DNA of 64,000 nt from Podospora anserina (taxonomy: Eukaryota): assembly GCA_017654855.1 (NCBI GenBank), contig CM030332.1:6572001-6636000 (forward strand), in the 5' to 3' direction. Position 1 is the first letter of the stretch, and each line of letters starts with the position of its first letter. Positions 26,083 through 39,762 of the stretch are shown in pieces. The position numbers were made by a program, and so were the translations under genes. The notes under the pieces were generated by a model, which saw only the letters and a list, made by a program, of their open reading frames with translations, was not told the DNA's origin and searched no databases.

Positions 26083-28230
26083 ATGGCCGACCTCCTCCGT
26101 CACCATCGTCACCACGCCCCCGGGGCGGGAGAGATCCCTGTCCCCCACGGCCCCTCCACCGGCGACGAGCACGAACACTACCCCAAATCCGTCAGCATGG
26201 ACCAGCAACATGCCATCTTCTCGTACCTCACCCACCCGGACGACTGCTACACCCCCGAGGGGACGTACTGGGCCGACCTCCCACTCAAGGAGCGGGTCAA
26301 GTTTGTGAACAATGTGCAGAACAAGGAGGCCTGGGAGGAAGTCAAGGCGATAGGCAGGATGATGAAGGAAGATCCGCTGAGCCCGGTGTCGTGGTACTGG
26401 ACGAATGCGGTGCTGCCTGGTGCCGGGCTGGGATTGGAGGGTTATGTGTTGTTCAGTATTGGGAATTTGGAGCCGCTGTTCAGATCTACCTGGCCGCAGT
26501 GCTGGGGGAAGAACGCGACCGAGTGCAGCGCCAACTGGGTTGCTTCGGTGACGTATTTGGAGGTTATTGGTATTATGGTTGGCCAGATGGCTGTGGGGGT
26601 TATTGGAGATTGGATTGGCAGACGATGGGGGTTGATTCAGGATGCTGCGATCATGTTTGTGGGTTTGCTGATGATCACGGCGAGTTGGGGCCTGGATCTC
26701 AATGGCTGGGTTATCTGCTATGCTTGGAGTTTGTTTTTCTATGGTGAGTTTGGGAAGAGAACCGGTGGGAGTTTGGACATTGGCTAACGAGTGATCACAG
26801 GTTTCGGTGTTGGTGGTGAATATCCTATTACTGCTACTTCATCGATGGAAAACGCGGTTTCCGCCGGCAAGCTATCTACGAGAGAGGACCGTCTTCACCG
26901 CGGACGCAAGGTCACCATGGCCTTTTTGATGCAAGGTTGGGGTCAGTTTTTCAACCAGGCTTTGCTGATCATTCTCCTCCTGATTTTCCACCACGGCGAC
27001 GGCAACCCGCCCTACGGCACAACGACCACCCAATGGCTTTGGCGCGTGTCGTTTGCCATCCCTGCTGTCGGTACGCTATGGCTTGTGTACCACCGTGCCT
27101 ACAAGATGCCGCACGCGGGCCGCCAGCTCGCAGCTGTCAAGAAGAAGAGCAACGTCACAGGTTACGATGTGGATTCCCTCCGCCTTGCCTGTAACATCTT
27201 TGGCGGTCGTTTGCTTGCCACGGCTGGCACATGGTTCTGCAACGACGTCTTCTTCTACGGCAACAAGCTTTTCCAGGCTCAGTTTATCGCTGTCTTGAGC
27301 GGGCCGACTGAGTCCGTCATGACTGGATGGATTTGGAACTTGTACAACGTCATTGTATCGCTTGTTGGGTACTATCTCGCCTCTATCCTCATCGACAACA
27401 AGTTCTATGGCCGCAAGATGATGCAGCAGGTCGGTTTCTTGATGTGCTTCATCATGTTCGTCGTCCCCGCCTTCAACTACGAATATTATACCTCTCCGGC
27501 CGGTATCAAGGCGTTTCAGGCCATGTACTTCCTCTCGAGTTTCTTCAACCAATTCGGTCCCAACAGCGTTACTTTCCTCGTGGCTGGCGAGGTCTTCCCT
27601 ACGCCCATCCGCGCCTCTGCCCACGGCTTCAGCGCTTGCATCGGCAAGGCTGGTGCTTTGCTTGCTTCAGTTCTGTACAACTACATTGACACTCAGACAA
27701 AGTTCTATGTCGTCCCATGGTTCGGTCTCGCGGGTATGCTTCTTACCTCGCTTTTCCTTCCTGACACCACCGGCCTCGATCTTAAGGAGCAAGAGCGTCG
27801 CTGGGCCTACATCCGCGCCGGTCGCGACCAGGATTACCATGGCATTGCCGTTCACCCCAAGCACTTGTCTCTCTGGGAGCGGTTGAGAGGTGTAGGCAAG
27901 AACTACAACCCTGAGCTGGACCGCAGGCAGAAGATTGAGGACATTCGTGAGGAGTGGGAGGGCAAGGAAAGAGCTCGTGCCCAGAAGGAGGCGGGTGGTG
28001 ATGCGACTGGGATGGATGATTTGAGTGACGATGAGTGGACAGATGAGGTGCATCATTACTTCAGAAACACCCGGGAGCCATCGGAGAAGGAGAGAGCTGC
28101 GGCTGTTACTGGCAAGGGTGGAGAGATCACGATGACACCGGCGAGCATTTCGACGCCTTCGAGTGCGGCCATGACCGAGAAGGGTGATGAGGAGAAGCCT
28201 GGCTCTTCGTCTGCGTCGTCGGCGAGGTAG
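26083..28230 (+). CDS. MFS transporter, phosphate:H+ symporter (Pho84/Git1-like) family; exons 26083-26743, 26801-28230
   Basis: Motifs GDWIGRR, GFGVGGEYP, FLMQGWGQ, WFCNDVFFYG and QFGPNSVTFLVAGEVFPTPIRASAHG, with many hydrophobic helices. The start codon is somewhat uncertain. Confidence 0.88.
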
Positions 28231-29461
28231 CAACGTTGGTGACCATGGGGTTTCGTGGCTTTTTGATGTTGGCTGTTTTTTTTGTTGGTGAACTGGTCGA
28301 ACCGGGATTCGTGCATGATCCTTGTTGAAGAGCAATGGAGTTTAGGAGTCTCATGGGGTCCTGTGTCGAGCAAGGAAGAAAAGCACAAGTTTTATTGATC
28401 ATTCATTTTTGATGCTTGACTGTCCTGCTTTCCCATGTTTCGTGATATCTCATGTGCTTAGCTTCTGATGGTGGTATTTCATTGGGGATACCAGAGGTAG
28501 CGAGTATGGCTGACAGGCGTGTAGAGGATAGATTGGCGGTGGATATTTCGGATCAGCTAGATGATTGAATTAATGACAAGGGAAATTGAAGGAAGTGTAT
28601 TTGTTGGATAGTATCTTTGACCAAAAATGAAGACATTTCGAAGACGCAGAATACCTCGTCGCTTCCTCAGCAACCCCTATGCACCCCAGACATTTGTGCA
28701 TTGCATACCCGTTCCGAATATGCAGCACCTCGCCTCTCCCTGCACGTCTTTGACGCTATTACTTAAGAGAAAAAGACCCTGATTTGTCAACGCATTTCCA
28801 ATAATTCGTGAAGCCATCACCATGATGGTGATGGTGGGGGTGTTGAGGATTGCAAAAAAGGATCTGAATCCAAGTTGTATGACCCCAACCCGATTTGAAC
28901 GGATAACCTTTCGATCTGGAGTCGAACGCGCTACCGTTGCGCCATGAGGCCTCTTGCTTGATGTGGAGTTGAGTACGAGTGTCGGTTTATGAAAAGAGCA
29001 GTTCGGAGGTGGCTGCTCCGAAAGCGCCAAAAAAAAAAACAAAAAAAAAAGTGGACGTGGTTTTCCGACAACAAAACAACAACCGGCTAGGGGAGGCGGA
29101 AAGGGGTCCGAAAAGGGGTTTGAATAACAAGGCGGTTAGTCAGCATTTTCCTGGCAAGGTGGGGGGAGGTTTCGGGGGGTGTCCGGGGAAGATGATTGGG
29201 TAATGGCGCATGGGGCTCCTTGGCACTTATAAGCGTGATCCAAACAAGCTGTTTGGTGAAGGACAGGAAAAGGGTAGTGTCAAGACAGGAGGGGGTTGAT
29301 TACTTGTCTTTATACTATACAGCTGTCACTTGATCCCATCACTCAAACAACGTGAAGGTGATGTAATAAATATCCAATTCATCCTCTACTTTGGAGTCCA
29401 TTCCACAATAAGTCATCGGTCCCCCCCCCCCCCTTTTCGCGGTACTTACTTAGCTAACCGG

Positions 29462-32073
29462 CTAACCCCCCTCCAGACCATAAATGGCCCTCACCACCTC
29501 CCAGTGCCACGCCGTCCCCCCGTCGATAGGCTTCAAGTCCCTCAACCAGTCGAGATACAAACCCACCGTCTCCCTGGCGTCCATCTCAAACCTCTCGCCG
29601 CAAAGCGTGCTTCTTATCCTCCTCAACAGCGGCACCGTCGTGCTCAGATGTAATAACAGCAAGATACCAAAGAAGTTCTGGGTGAAGAAGAACATACAGG
29701 GCACGAGCCGCTTGTGCTTGCATGTGGGGGACATTGCCACTGGCCATTTCAGCGAGGCCTTGAGGCACTCGGCTGCGCCCAGGGCGTCGTCTTGGGTCAC
29801 GCTGTCGGGGTAGTGGAGAGCTTTGTAGAGGAAGGGACGGTGGAGGAGGTATTTGGCGTAGTAATAACGAGAGCGGAGAAGCGCGACTTGGATGTCGAGG
29901 ACGTAGGGGTATTGAGCCGGAGGGGAGTCGAGATCGGTGGAGAACATCAGTGGTGGTGCTGGTGTCGATACCGCTGGTAGTGATGATGGTTGACTGGTGT
30001 GAGACATGGACGGGGAGATGGGCGTGCTGGCTGGGGTGTGGGTGCTGCCGCCGAACATGTCGGTAGTAGTGCTGGGGAAGGCTCCTGGGCAATCCTCTTG
30101 CCAGCGAAGGTGAGGAGGGAGCATGCCGCGCCATTGTTCCAGTTGAAGGCCCAGCTGCTGGATCGTAATCTGGCTAAGGCTAGGGCTGTTGTTTGCCGAA
30201 GTAAAGGGGGTGGGAACACCGCCTAACTGGGCGGACATTGGTGCTGCTGTCGTAAGTTAGCAAAGGCCACGGAAAAGGATCGGGCAGAGGGAAGTACTGT
30301 TGCTGAGGGCGTGGTGAAATCCCACCAGTAGCCGCCTCAGGACAATCTGAGAGGCGAAATGCTCTTGGAAATGAGACTGTTGGTTGCTAATGACATCGTC
30401 TTCACAGAAAGGACCGCTAAAAGTCGGAAGTCCTACATTGTTCTCCATCCTCTCAAGACCTGTGAGCGGGAACCCCAGCTCGAGATTGAGAGAACTAGAC
30501 GGCTCTTGTCAGTGAACCATTTTGAGCTTTACAGACACCAGGCTACTTACGTCTCCAAGATAGAGCAATGCCAAAATGCTCTCCTGATCATGTCCACCCT
30601 CGGTGAGGATAGCTCTCCGGGGTTGCTACCCACTTTAGCAGCGATTCCATCAAATTGACCCAAAACTAGGGAACCGTACCTGGTTATGAGAGCCTGAAGT
30701 GCCAAAGAGGTGGAGGCAGTCATTCTCCAAAAGTCCTGTGCGCCGATTAGCAATTTGCCTTCCAACAGATTGCAGTTTAGGAGAGACACACCATCGGATA
30801 GAAGCAGCTCCCATAATATGCACTAAACTATTGTTAAGAACTGGCTGGAATGCTTACACACGACATGGAGCAGGGTGTCCTACCTTGCGAGGGCGAATAT
30901 CTGAACGTTTTCCAGACTGCACTCCGTGAGATCAAACCCCATTCTGCTTCTCGCCTCGTTGAACAAAGAAAGTCCAGGGGGGTGCGCTTTCGAGCCTCCT
31001 TTCACCCCACTCGCTCGTCCGTTGTAAACGTGCACAGGTGCCCCTTCTCTTCCTTCTAGCGATACCTCCCCGAGAGCGAATACCAGCAGGGCGATGGTCG
31101 AGGATATCGAGTTGCTGAAGCCGCTCCTGTAAAGGGATGGCAAAGTCTCCTGCATGAAGGACTGGCGATCTAGAATAGGGTAGAAGAGGTTCATAGTGTC
31201 GAAGTAAGCCTGGCTCCACATCCGAACGTTTTCCCAGGTCAAGGTCGTAAGAAGCCCAGGCGAACGCTCAGTGCGCATGGTGCCTTCGGAAGGCAGCCCT
31301 TGTGACTCTGGGCGATGGACTCCTAGCATGTGCGAGACTCCATCGCGCTCCAACGAGGAGAAGTTGACGTGTGGCAACCGCGCCTGGATCGAAGCAAACA
31401 GTTGCTGTACCGCTGGCCAGCCTAGCATCTGGTGAACAGAGGAAACATATTTGTACTGGTCCTGACCCACCGGTGCGTTTCGAGACAAATCGTGCTGCAA
31501 GTTAAATGGTGCTGCTGTCAGCGCTGGGTCAATCATCGCAGCTCCAGCCTGACTGGCATAGTCGGGTGCCTGAAGATGGGGGAAGCCAAGGGCGGAAGGG
31601 CCGGCGCTTCCCCGATGGCCTAAATCGTCCACTTTCGTTTCCAAGTTCAGCAACCGATCATCGAGGCCCTTCAACCGTTCGAGAATCTCCACTAGAGTCT
31701 TGTCTTTCCTGTACCACGCGTTAGTTGCTCACCGACACAGGAAGCAGGACAGGGCAAAGAAGAAAGGGGCAGGGGAAATGCCGAGCCTACTTGGTGGGAA
31801 CGGGCTCTCGATAGTTGCATTCGAGCCTGAACTTTTGACAGGTGCCACATTTGGGACGCTGTTCATCGCATCGTTGCTTTCGACTGCGGCAGGTATCGCA
31901 TGCCTGAAGACAAGGTCAGAGAACATACACTGGCCAGTGATAGGGGGGATGAGGGTCCGAACCTGTGCGGCGATGGCGCCTCTCTCCTTTCTGATATTGG
32001 AACTGGATGAGGATGCTATCGAGGGGCTGGCATCGACGGTGGCTGATGTCGGTGTCGCTGGAGGGTCGCCCAT
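29462..32073 (-). CDS. Zn(II)2Cys6 transcription factor with fungal-specific TF domain (multi-exon)
   Basis: Exon 31903-31791 encodes ACDTCRSRKQRCDEQRPKCGTCQKFRLEC. Later exons contain YFDTMNLFYPILD and RRAFWHCSILET. Splice sites are canonical. Confidence 0.9.
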
Positions 32074-34226
32074 CTTCTTTAAAGAAGGGCTGACCGCGAT
32101 CCAAGCCGGCCTCGGACACTACGGTCAATCCAGGATGCCCGGTGATCGGTCAAATATGTTGGTTTGGTCTCTGGGGTGCTGACACATGGAAGCAGGCCGG
32201 CAGCGGAAGCGGGGATGGGTCGACGATAGCTATGCCCAACCAACACCGACGAGGCCGTATTGGCGGCGTATGGCCCCGTCAGCCCAAAGCTGGCTTGGTG
32301 GACAGGACTCGCATCAACCATTTCCCGTCCCCCACCTTGTCTTGCGGACTAGGGCTTGGAGGGTTCAGCGATGACGGAGCAAAAGACGGAGCAGAAGACG
32401 GGAGGTACCAAACACAGCGCATGAAACGGTAAGATGGGGGTGGAACGGAGACTGATTCTGGGCACGGGAGTTATATTTTTCGGCTCCAGCAAAGACTCGT
32501 GATGTGAGTGGCCAGCCGGTCTTTTGGCTCGCAGCAATAGTTGAGGTTATGACAGGAGCGGGAGGGGGAGGGGGAGACGGAGACAGTTTTGGACACGACG
32601 TGGAAAGGTGTAGCATCTAGGGCAAGGATTCCGTACGGGGCCCTTCGGCGACATCCACGGTATCCAGGTAGAGCAAAGAGGTAGGAAGAGAGGGCGTGGG
32701 ATTGGCCCGGGGGTCATGGAAGATGGAGTCTTCAGAGGGGGCTGGAGAGTTTTCCGAAGCGACACCTCTTTGGGAGGGCCCGAAAAAGTCGCATGCGCAG
32801 GGCCTTGGAACCGGCAGGACGCTACGTCATCGGGCAGGGTGTGTGCAAAGGTGCCAAGCAGTTCCGTTGGCCGTTCAGTCAAGGTTTTCTTCTGCTCGTC
32901 CCTCCATCACCATCTCAACTGAGACAGGCGTTCATCCCATGCGGTCAGCCACCATCGACATCGAGATACATCGACCCTTGAGCAGCGATGACCGGTTGCG
33001 CTGTCCGCCGTGAAAAGATGATAGCTGCTTGGCTGAGGTAACCGTGTCGGAGATAACTTGGGATCGAGCCTCGCTGGTCGTGCTATGTGTCTGTGTATGT
33101 CCAAGGGTTGAAAGGGATCCATGCCGCCCCGCTTGACTGCGGCTCCTCCCACACCCTCGGGGACTCGACAGCTGGGGTGCTTTCTTCGATGAAGATCATT
33201 TCCGCATAGAGTCAAAGCCTGAATGGTCGCAGAAGGCTGTCGAATTGGCGGTTCCTGAGTATCACTGCACGGCTCGGTGTAAGTGTCACCATGGGGCTCT
33301 CCTCTTCGCTCTGGAAAATGTTTCGACGTCAGCGATAGGTTGTCGCCCGTTAGAGGTGCATATCGAGACATTGGTAGTCGGAACAATTTGTTTTTCCGTC
33401 GACTTCACGTCATGGACTGCTAACCTGCCGTGCACGGACCCCTGCATCAGCCGTTATCTTATCCATCTTATCAAACAGTGCGACATCGTGAGCCACGTTG
33501 TCGACACGGAGACAGATTCATGCAACATGACAGGGCTGACCACAAACGACACTCGGTTTCATCATGGTTCCTCCAACGGCCAACAGCCCAACAACGTCCC
33601 AATCCGCCGGTTAACATGTGCATAGCGATCCAATACTCGGAATTGCCCACACCTACTCTGTAGTCGAGCATCCAAATCAGTGGCGGGTGGCCATTCCTCG
33701 ATTGACAACACCGCGATTGTGCGTGGCCAATTAATGTGCGGAAGACAACTCTGCACCTCTTAACCATGTTGCCAAGCGGCTATCTTACAAACAGTCTTCT
33801 GTCTCAGTCCGAGTGCCCGGAATCTGGCTTGACATGTCACAGTCCGCCAGACCTCATAGGGCTGTAGGGCTGACCAAGGAATTGTCAACATCTGTAGAAA
33901 AGAGTTCCAGTGGGGTTATGCGTCCGGTCTTCTCGGTCTTTGGCGTTCAATCTCGCTCTTGTCATACAATATTGTTCCTTTCCCACGCCCTACCTTACGC
34001 CTCGCAATACAACACTGTTATTCGAGAAAATACGGTTGGGCCTTGCTCACTCAAGTAGTCATCATTGGCCATTAAACGATGATCCTGGGTATATGCGAGT
34101 CAGATAGAACCGTGAAACTCATATAAGTCGAGGCTTGTCCCCTTCAAAAAATGAAGACACCGACCTCGACACCTCAAACGACATACACAGTCCCTGCCTA
34201 TTTCAGTCAACGCTCTCAACACCAAC

Positions 34227-35021
34227 ATGGCTTCAACTCAAAAGCCAACCATTGTGCATGTCAATGGCGCTTGGCACACACCGTCATCAATGACTAAACT
34301 CATCACTTCCCTTCGAGCCCTCGACTACGAAGTCCATTGTCCTCGCCTGACGTCGGTGAACGGCGCACGGCCTCCCAATTCTAGCCTAGCTACTGACTCA
34401 GAGCTTCTTCGGTCGTACGTCTCCAGCCTTGTTGAGGCAGGTCGCGAAGTCGTCATCATTATGCACTCATATGGAGGCAAAGTAGGCACCAACGCTCTGC
34501 ATGGGCTCAGCCGTGAAGCCCGCTCAAAGAAGGGACTTGGAGGCGGCATTGTTCAACTGATCTATGTCTGTGCTTTTGCGCTGGCTGAGGGGCAATCCAT
34601 GGCAGCGCTTATTGCAGAGTTCGGGCACAAAGAGTCGATGCCTGTTGTATTTAATATCGACGAGGATGGCGGGCTCAGTTTCCGGGATGCGAAGGGACCA
34701 CTTATTGGGGATGATCTCGGCGAGTCAAACGAGGAAGAGGTGCAAGCGTATCTCGACTCACTAGTGTCGGTTTGGAATGGACTTTGTACGAGGGATACCG
34801 TTACAGGTCCGGCTGCTTGGAAAGAAAACCCGGTTGCCTATGTCTATTGCACGAAAGACAACATGGTGCCATTTGAATACCAGAAGTCGTTGGTGGCGAA
34901 TATCGAGAAGGAAGGGAGGGAAGTAAAGACGTTTGTTTTGGAAACTGGTCATTGTCCCAACGTCACGGCCACAAAGCAGCTGGTGGGCGTGATTGATGAG
35001 GTCATTGTGGGAGCAAACTGA
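34227..35021 (+). CDS. Alpha/beta hydrolase (methylesterase-like)
   Basis: VHVNGAWH oxyanion region, MHSYGG nucleophile elbow, TKDNMV acid and TGHCP His. TATAAG lies ~105 bp upstream. Confidence 0.88.
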   Translation: MASTQKPTIVHVNGAWHTPSSMTKLITSLRALDYEVHCPRLTSVNGARPPNSSLATDSELLRSYVSSLVEAGREVVIIMHSYGGKVGTNALHGLSREARSKKGLGGGIVQLIYVCAFALAEGQSMAALIAEFGHKESMPVVFNIDEDGGLSFRDAKGPLIGDDLGESNEEEVQAYLDSLVSVWNGLCTRDTVTGPAAWKENPVAYVYCTKDNMVPFEYQKSLVANIEKEGREVKTFVLETGHCPNVTATKQLVGVIDEVIVGAN

Positions 35022-35797
35022 TGGTGTTTAGCTGCCATCTCTGGAGTTTGAAGAGCAAAATGCAGTACTATGGTATCACTCACAGAATCTACCTTAGCTC
35101 TCATCTGTTTGATGCCCTGGTTTGTGTTCCACAAGTTTCTAGACCGGAATTCACCCGACTGACGCAAAATCGACAAATGACTCTCGAATTAAAGCCATAG
35201 TCTTTTGTGTATATTTACACTTCCTCTTCAGCCAACAAAATCAAGACACCTAAGTCTTTCTGAGTTGCTCCCTGCCAGGCCACTCCAATTCAAGCAACGC
35301 CCCATAGTGGAATATGAATGCGCCATTGCTCCGAGTTCAGGTTCGGGTTCGAAGATGCCCGGATTATGAAATAACTATCCTACCTTATTGCTCTCAGTGA
35401 ATACTGAAGAGTTACTTGTGTCGTTTACGTAAGTGACTCTGAGCAGGAGCAATGCGTCGACAGCAAGTCACCAACATGTTCACTTGACATTAGCATATTG
35501 GGACTGTCTCAAACCTTCACCAGATACCTTGGATATCCACTATGATAGCATTACTATCGGTCTAGTTGGGTGAATAGCTCATTGCTTTATTCTGACAGTC
35601 AGCCAACTTGCTCCTGAGTCCCTGACATAAACTTATAAAATATCTCTTCTCGGAATCAAACCCAGATCTCGAACTCTTCTCTTCTTCCTTTCCATCAAGC
35701 TACAGAATACCAATTATCACTTGGTAACGACATCGCACCGAGATCTAACCCTCTCACAATACCAGTGTATTCTAGCAGCTCTACTCGACTCGCCAGG

Positions 35798-38330
35798 ATG
35801 TTCACCATCATTATCAACATGCACGTTGCCTTCAATAATCTTATTGAATGCAGCGGAGTTCACACATTCAAAGACAGAGCTGAGCTTTTCGCCGAGTCCG
35901 AGTATGTCACAGAACCTGAAGCTGTCACCGAGCCCCGGGGCATCTTGACTCAGGCCAAAGAATTGTCTCTCGAGGGAGACTTGGCAAGCGAGATCATCGC
36001 TGGGCAGACGGACAGCACGATTGATAACGCTCCAAAGACTTTTGCAGCTGTCAACCCAACAGGTGGCCACGAGACTCTGGCCACCTCCACTGACAACACT
36101 GGGGGCGCCAAGAATGCCGGGAGAACAAGAAAGACCTGCAAGACTCGTAGGTTGGATGACCAGGAAATGGACCACATGTGGATCTGGTCCACCACCACCA
36201 CACCAGCCACACAACCTTGTTGAGATTACCCCTGAATGATCACACTGGCCACAACAAGACTAATATTGGGTCAATTTCTATGGGAGTTATACCAAAATGT
36301 AGCTCAATCACTGTCAGAGTCAGACATTGCATCTGCTTCTCGCTTGCGCCTGGTTTGAACCCGATGACGTGCGCTGCGCCGCACAGGCTGGGCTGGCTCT
36401 GGCTGCTCCACATCCTCCTTGGCTACACTTCTTCCTCCACCACCCTCCCTTCAATGCGGGCCTCTTCCAGTTCACAGAGTCTCACAAACTTGGAATTCGA
36501 GTCTTCTCTATTCAACTTGCGCCTTTTCTTGCTTCCTGGGCCTTCTGGGCGTTCTGTTGGTGCCTTGCCGTATCAGCTTTGTGGATGGATGCCTCAGATC
36601 TCAGTGTGAGTATAGTACTGGTGAGAGTCCTTGCCGCAAGCCGTTTTCCGGCCGGCGTATAGTTCTTAAGTAGGTCCCTGACCTTCTTGGCCACCTGGGA
36701 ATCCCCCACGGTATAGAAAGTAGGTGTTTTTGAAGAGAGATCCAACGGCACCACAGGGACTACTACCTGGCTTGAAAAAAGCGGTTTGCGCCTACGTATG
36801 GGCCATAATCCTGTCCCACGCCAGCCGCCGGTAATATTTTCTTTCTTAAAGCCCTACTTACGGGCAAAGTTATATAGCCGGACTAAGTCGACTTTACCGT
36901 TAGGCGTATAGTTAGTAAGGGCGTCGTTTACAGCTATAAGCCTCTTATACACTTTTTTTACGCTAGAAAAGTAATTAATATTAAGGGGTTAAAGGACGTA
37001 AGAGTAGTGGGGGGGTAGGAAAAGAAAGTAAATATTACTCCTATAGTACCGGATTATAAAATCGTTAATAGTATATAAGCTATAGCTATTATAAATAAAA
37101 AGACGGGGTTCTAATAGATCCTTAAGTTTAATCCTTAATATAAAAACTTTTTTAAACTAACTAATAGTAAAGTTATTACTAATTTAGTTATTCTTTAATA
37201 TAGCTATATACTAGTCTTTATTTAATTAGTCCTTAAACCATTACTTTTAAAAATCTTTACCTTTAAAGATAATTCCGGAGGGAAAAACTCTTTTATCTTA
37301 TAAGATACACTTAAGTATAGTGGTCTAAGTCCTTCTTCCGTTCTATTTAACGTATATAGACTTCTTATTCCGCTTTGAAGACTTAATAATTAAGCCGTTT
37401 TCTCCCTAGCCTTCCATTATACCCACCTTATCGTAATTATACCTATACCTAAGCTTAATCTAATTAACGGTAAAATATAGGTTAAAGAATTTATTAATAT
37501 TCTTTAAGGTAGTTTCGTTAACTTTAGTGTAATTAATTTTCTTTTTAACCTTTATTTTAATATTAGGATAACGGCTAATAAAGTAGGATACCCAGTACTT
37601 ACTAAGGGGGTTAGGATTGCCTTATTTAATTAGTAAACTAGCCGTTAAAGCTTTTATATTGGTATAGGTAGGAGCGTAGTTAAGGCTTTCCTAACGAAGG
37701 ATCTATTAAACAATAAAGTCTTTTTGGCCGTAAGAAAGTCGCTATTGGTTTTTATGGGCAAGGTTCCTTGGTAGGGTACTATCAATACGGTACTTTAGGG
37801 TAGAACGTGAAATCCCGTGCTTGTTGGACGCTTTTCGCTGGCTTATACCAGCGGCAATGTCTTTCTGGGCATTTTTAATATCCTCCTCGGTATATTTGGC
37901 TATTGGTGGGTACCTGGAGCAAAAAAAAGTAAAAGAAAAGCTTCATTTTTGGTCTCTGTGGGTGGAATATAAAGTGTGTGTTGATATCGGGGGGCTTTCG
38001 GAGGTCCAGGGTTGTGGAGGGTTTAATGTGGGTAGATGGTTTGGGTAGTTCAAACCTACCCGGGCCATATCCATATGTGGTCCACTTCCTTGTCATCCAA
38101 CCTACCACCAAAGAGACCAGGAATGCCCGAATGAACCCGGAGTATGTACCTATTTCAGATTTACGATTCCAGCAATCACCTAGGTACCTACTGACACAGG
38201 TATATTTTCACCAGGCCGATTACCTACACTAACGGAACCACTCCCTATCGAGTGGAGAACCCGATGCCCGAGGGGGCACTCGGTCTGGCCGCGTCCCGCT
38301 GGGCGAAGAAGGATTATTCCGTGTAGGTGT
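35798..38330 (+). pseudogene. Small orphan gene (MFTIIINMHVAFN...) interrupted by a Fot1/pogo transposon
   Basis: TATAAAA 164 bp upstream. Removing 36150-38104 rejoins the frame as ..KTCKTR|TTKETRNARMNPE.. A possible GTATGT..CAG intron and last exon end near 38330, which is uncertain. Confidence 0.55.
36150..38102 (-). mobile_element. Full-length Fot1/pogo (Tc1-mariner superfamily) DNA transposon, RIP-inactivated
   Basis: ~40-bp imperfect TIRs (GGTTGGATGAC(C/A)AGGAA(A/G)TGGACCACAT(G/A)TGGAT), with TA on both flanks (36148-9, 38103-4). The minus-strand relic reads [ATA]AKYTEEDIKNAQKDIAAGISQRKASNKHGISRSTL (HTH) and DKVGIMEG*G. The core is TpA-rich with many stops. Confidence 0.92.
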
Positions 38331-39303
38331 CACTCTTTATAAGACCACACTAGATTCAAAAGCTGATTCATTACGCTGCTCTCATATCATCACCGGCTGC
38401 CTAGAGCCCCGATGCAGTGGCTGTGTCTACGAGGAGCAAAGCTTGACCGGCTCAAGATGGGCTTAATTGGTCGGCAAAGATTTGATCGCAGGGACACGCG
38501 TTCGCTCAATTTGAGTAAACGAGAGGGCATATGATAGATGATATCACTTCTAGGGTAAGAATAACGAGATGATTATGATGACGATAGCATTTATACCTAG
38601 GTACCTAAGGCGGTTAGCTCAACAGGAAATGTGCTTTCTCTTAACCCATTATATTCTAAGAATCTTTCATATGGAGATGCTTTCGTATCTTGGGCAAGCA
38701 CAGGTTATACTCGTTTGAGCCAGGGATCAATCCGTGAAGTTTCCTGCACTTTTATCACGTTTTATTCATCGCTGCCTTACCTTACACACCTTACTTAGAG
38801 ATCTGTGGGTGCCCTGAAAGGTGATGAAACGTCCAAGTAATGCCATTGGTTACAAAAGATTCATCACCACCTGTTGAACAGGCTGTGCTTCAAAATCTTG
38901 CTTACCTTGTTATTGTCCGGTTATGGAGAAATGAGAGTAGGTACCTGACTCCAACATATCTTTCTGGGCTCCAGGCTCTTATTCTCACACAAAACTAGTG
39001 TGCTTTGAGACCGTGTTCATCTGGATCACCTACCTAGTGAATGCTGAATCTCACCTTTCTAGTGAATACTCTATCTCATCTTTCGGTAGTGGGCTACTCG
39101 AAACTCGGCTTGCCCCTAAATGTGGACCAACAACCAGGTATAAAATCTTTTTCTCCTCACACAACCACAAAATCTTCCCTTGTTCTACTCACCAACCGAG
39201 AAGCATCTTAAAGTCTCTCCTACGCCCAGAGATTTTGTCAAGACCTTTAGCGCTCTCTCCATATTTCCCCAAGCCATATCACCCACACGGATTCGGAGCC
39301 ACG

Positions 39304-39762
39304 ATGTTTACCATCACTATCATCATGCACGCGGCCTTCAACAGCGTCTTCGATATCAATGGCGCCACCGTGGTGAATAACGGTGCTCGGATCGACTATA
39401 CGACCAGTTCCAGCGAATCTGTTGAGCCCAAGAGCGCTATCAACAACGGCGATTTGAACTTTGCCAACAGCGCCCCCACGTTCGACAACGGATCCAGGTC
39501 CAAGTGCGCTGTCAGAGGTGCCAGCATCACCAAGCTCGACAATGTTGCCATAGCTAAAAACACAACCAAGCTCAATAAAACTTCGACTGGAACCACCACT
39601 AAGCAGGGCAACACGACCGATGTGGCTGTGCCTTCTGCTGCCGGTTCTTGCAAGCACTGGTCCAAGTCGCGCACCAACTTCCGAACCTCAACCAACCGCT
39701 GTCCCACGAAGACTGCCAAGTCGACTGGCCACTGCCAAAATTGGCCAAGATGGAGTGCTTAG
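39304..39762 (+). CDS. Small orphan protein (152 aa, MFTITIIMHAAFN...), paralog of the 35798 gene
   Basis: TATAAAA 165 bp upstream. The N-terminus is shared with the 35798 ORF, and the frame is open and N/T/S/K-rich. Confidence 0.6.
   Translation: MFTITIIMHAAFNSVFDINGATVVNNGARIDYTTSSSESVEPKSAINNGDLNFANSAPTFDNGSRSKCAVRGASITKLDNVAIAKNTTKLNKTSTGTTTKQGNTTDVAVPSAAGSCKHWSKSRTNFRTSTNRCPTKTAKSTGHCQNWPRWSA

Noticed and set aside
32100..34100. ORFs upstream of the Zn2Cys6 gene
   Set aside because: Overlapping on both strands with no recognisable protein features.
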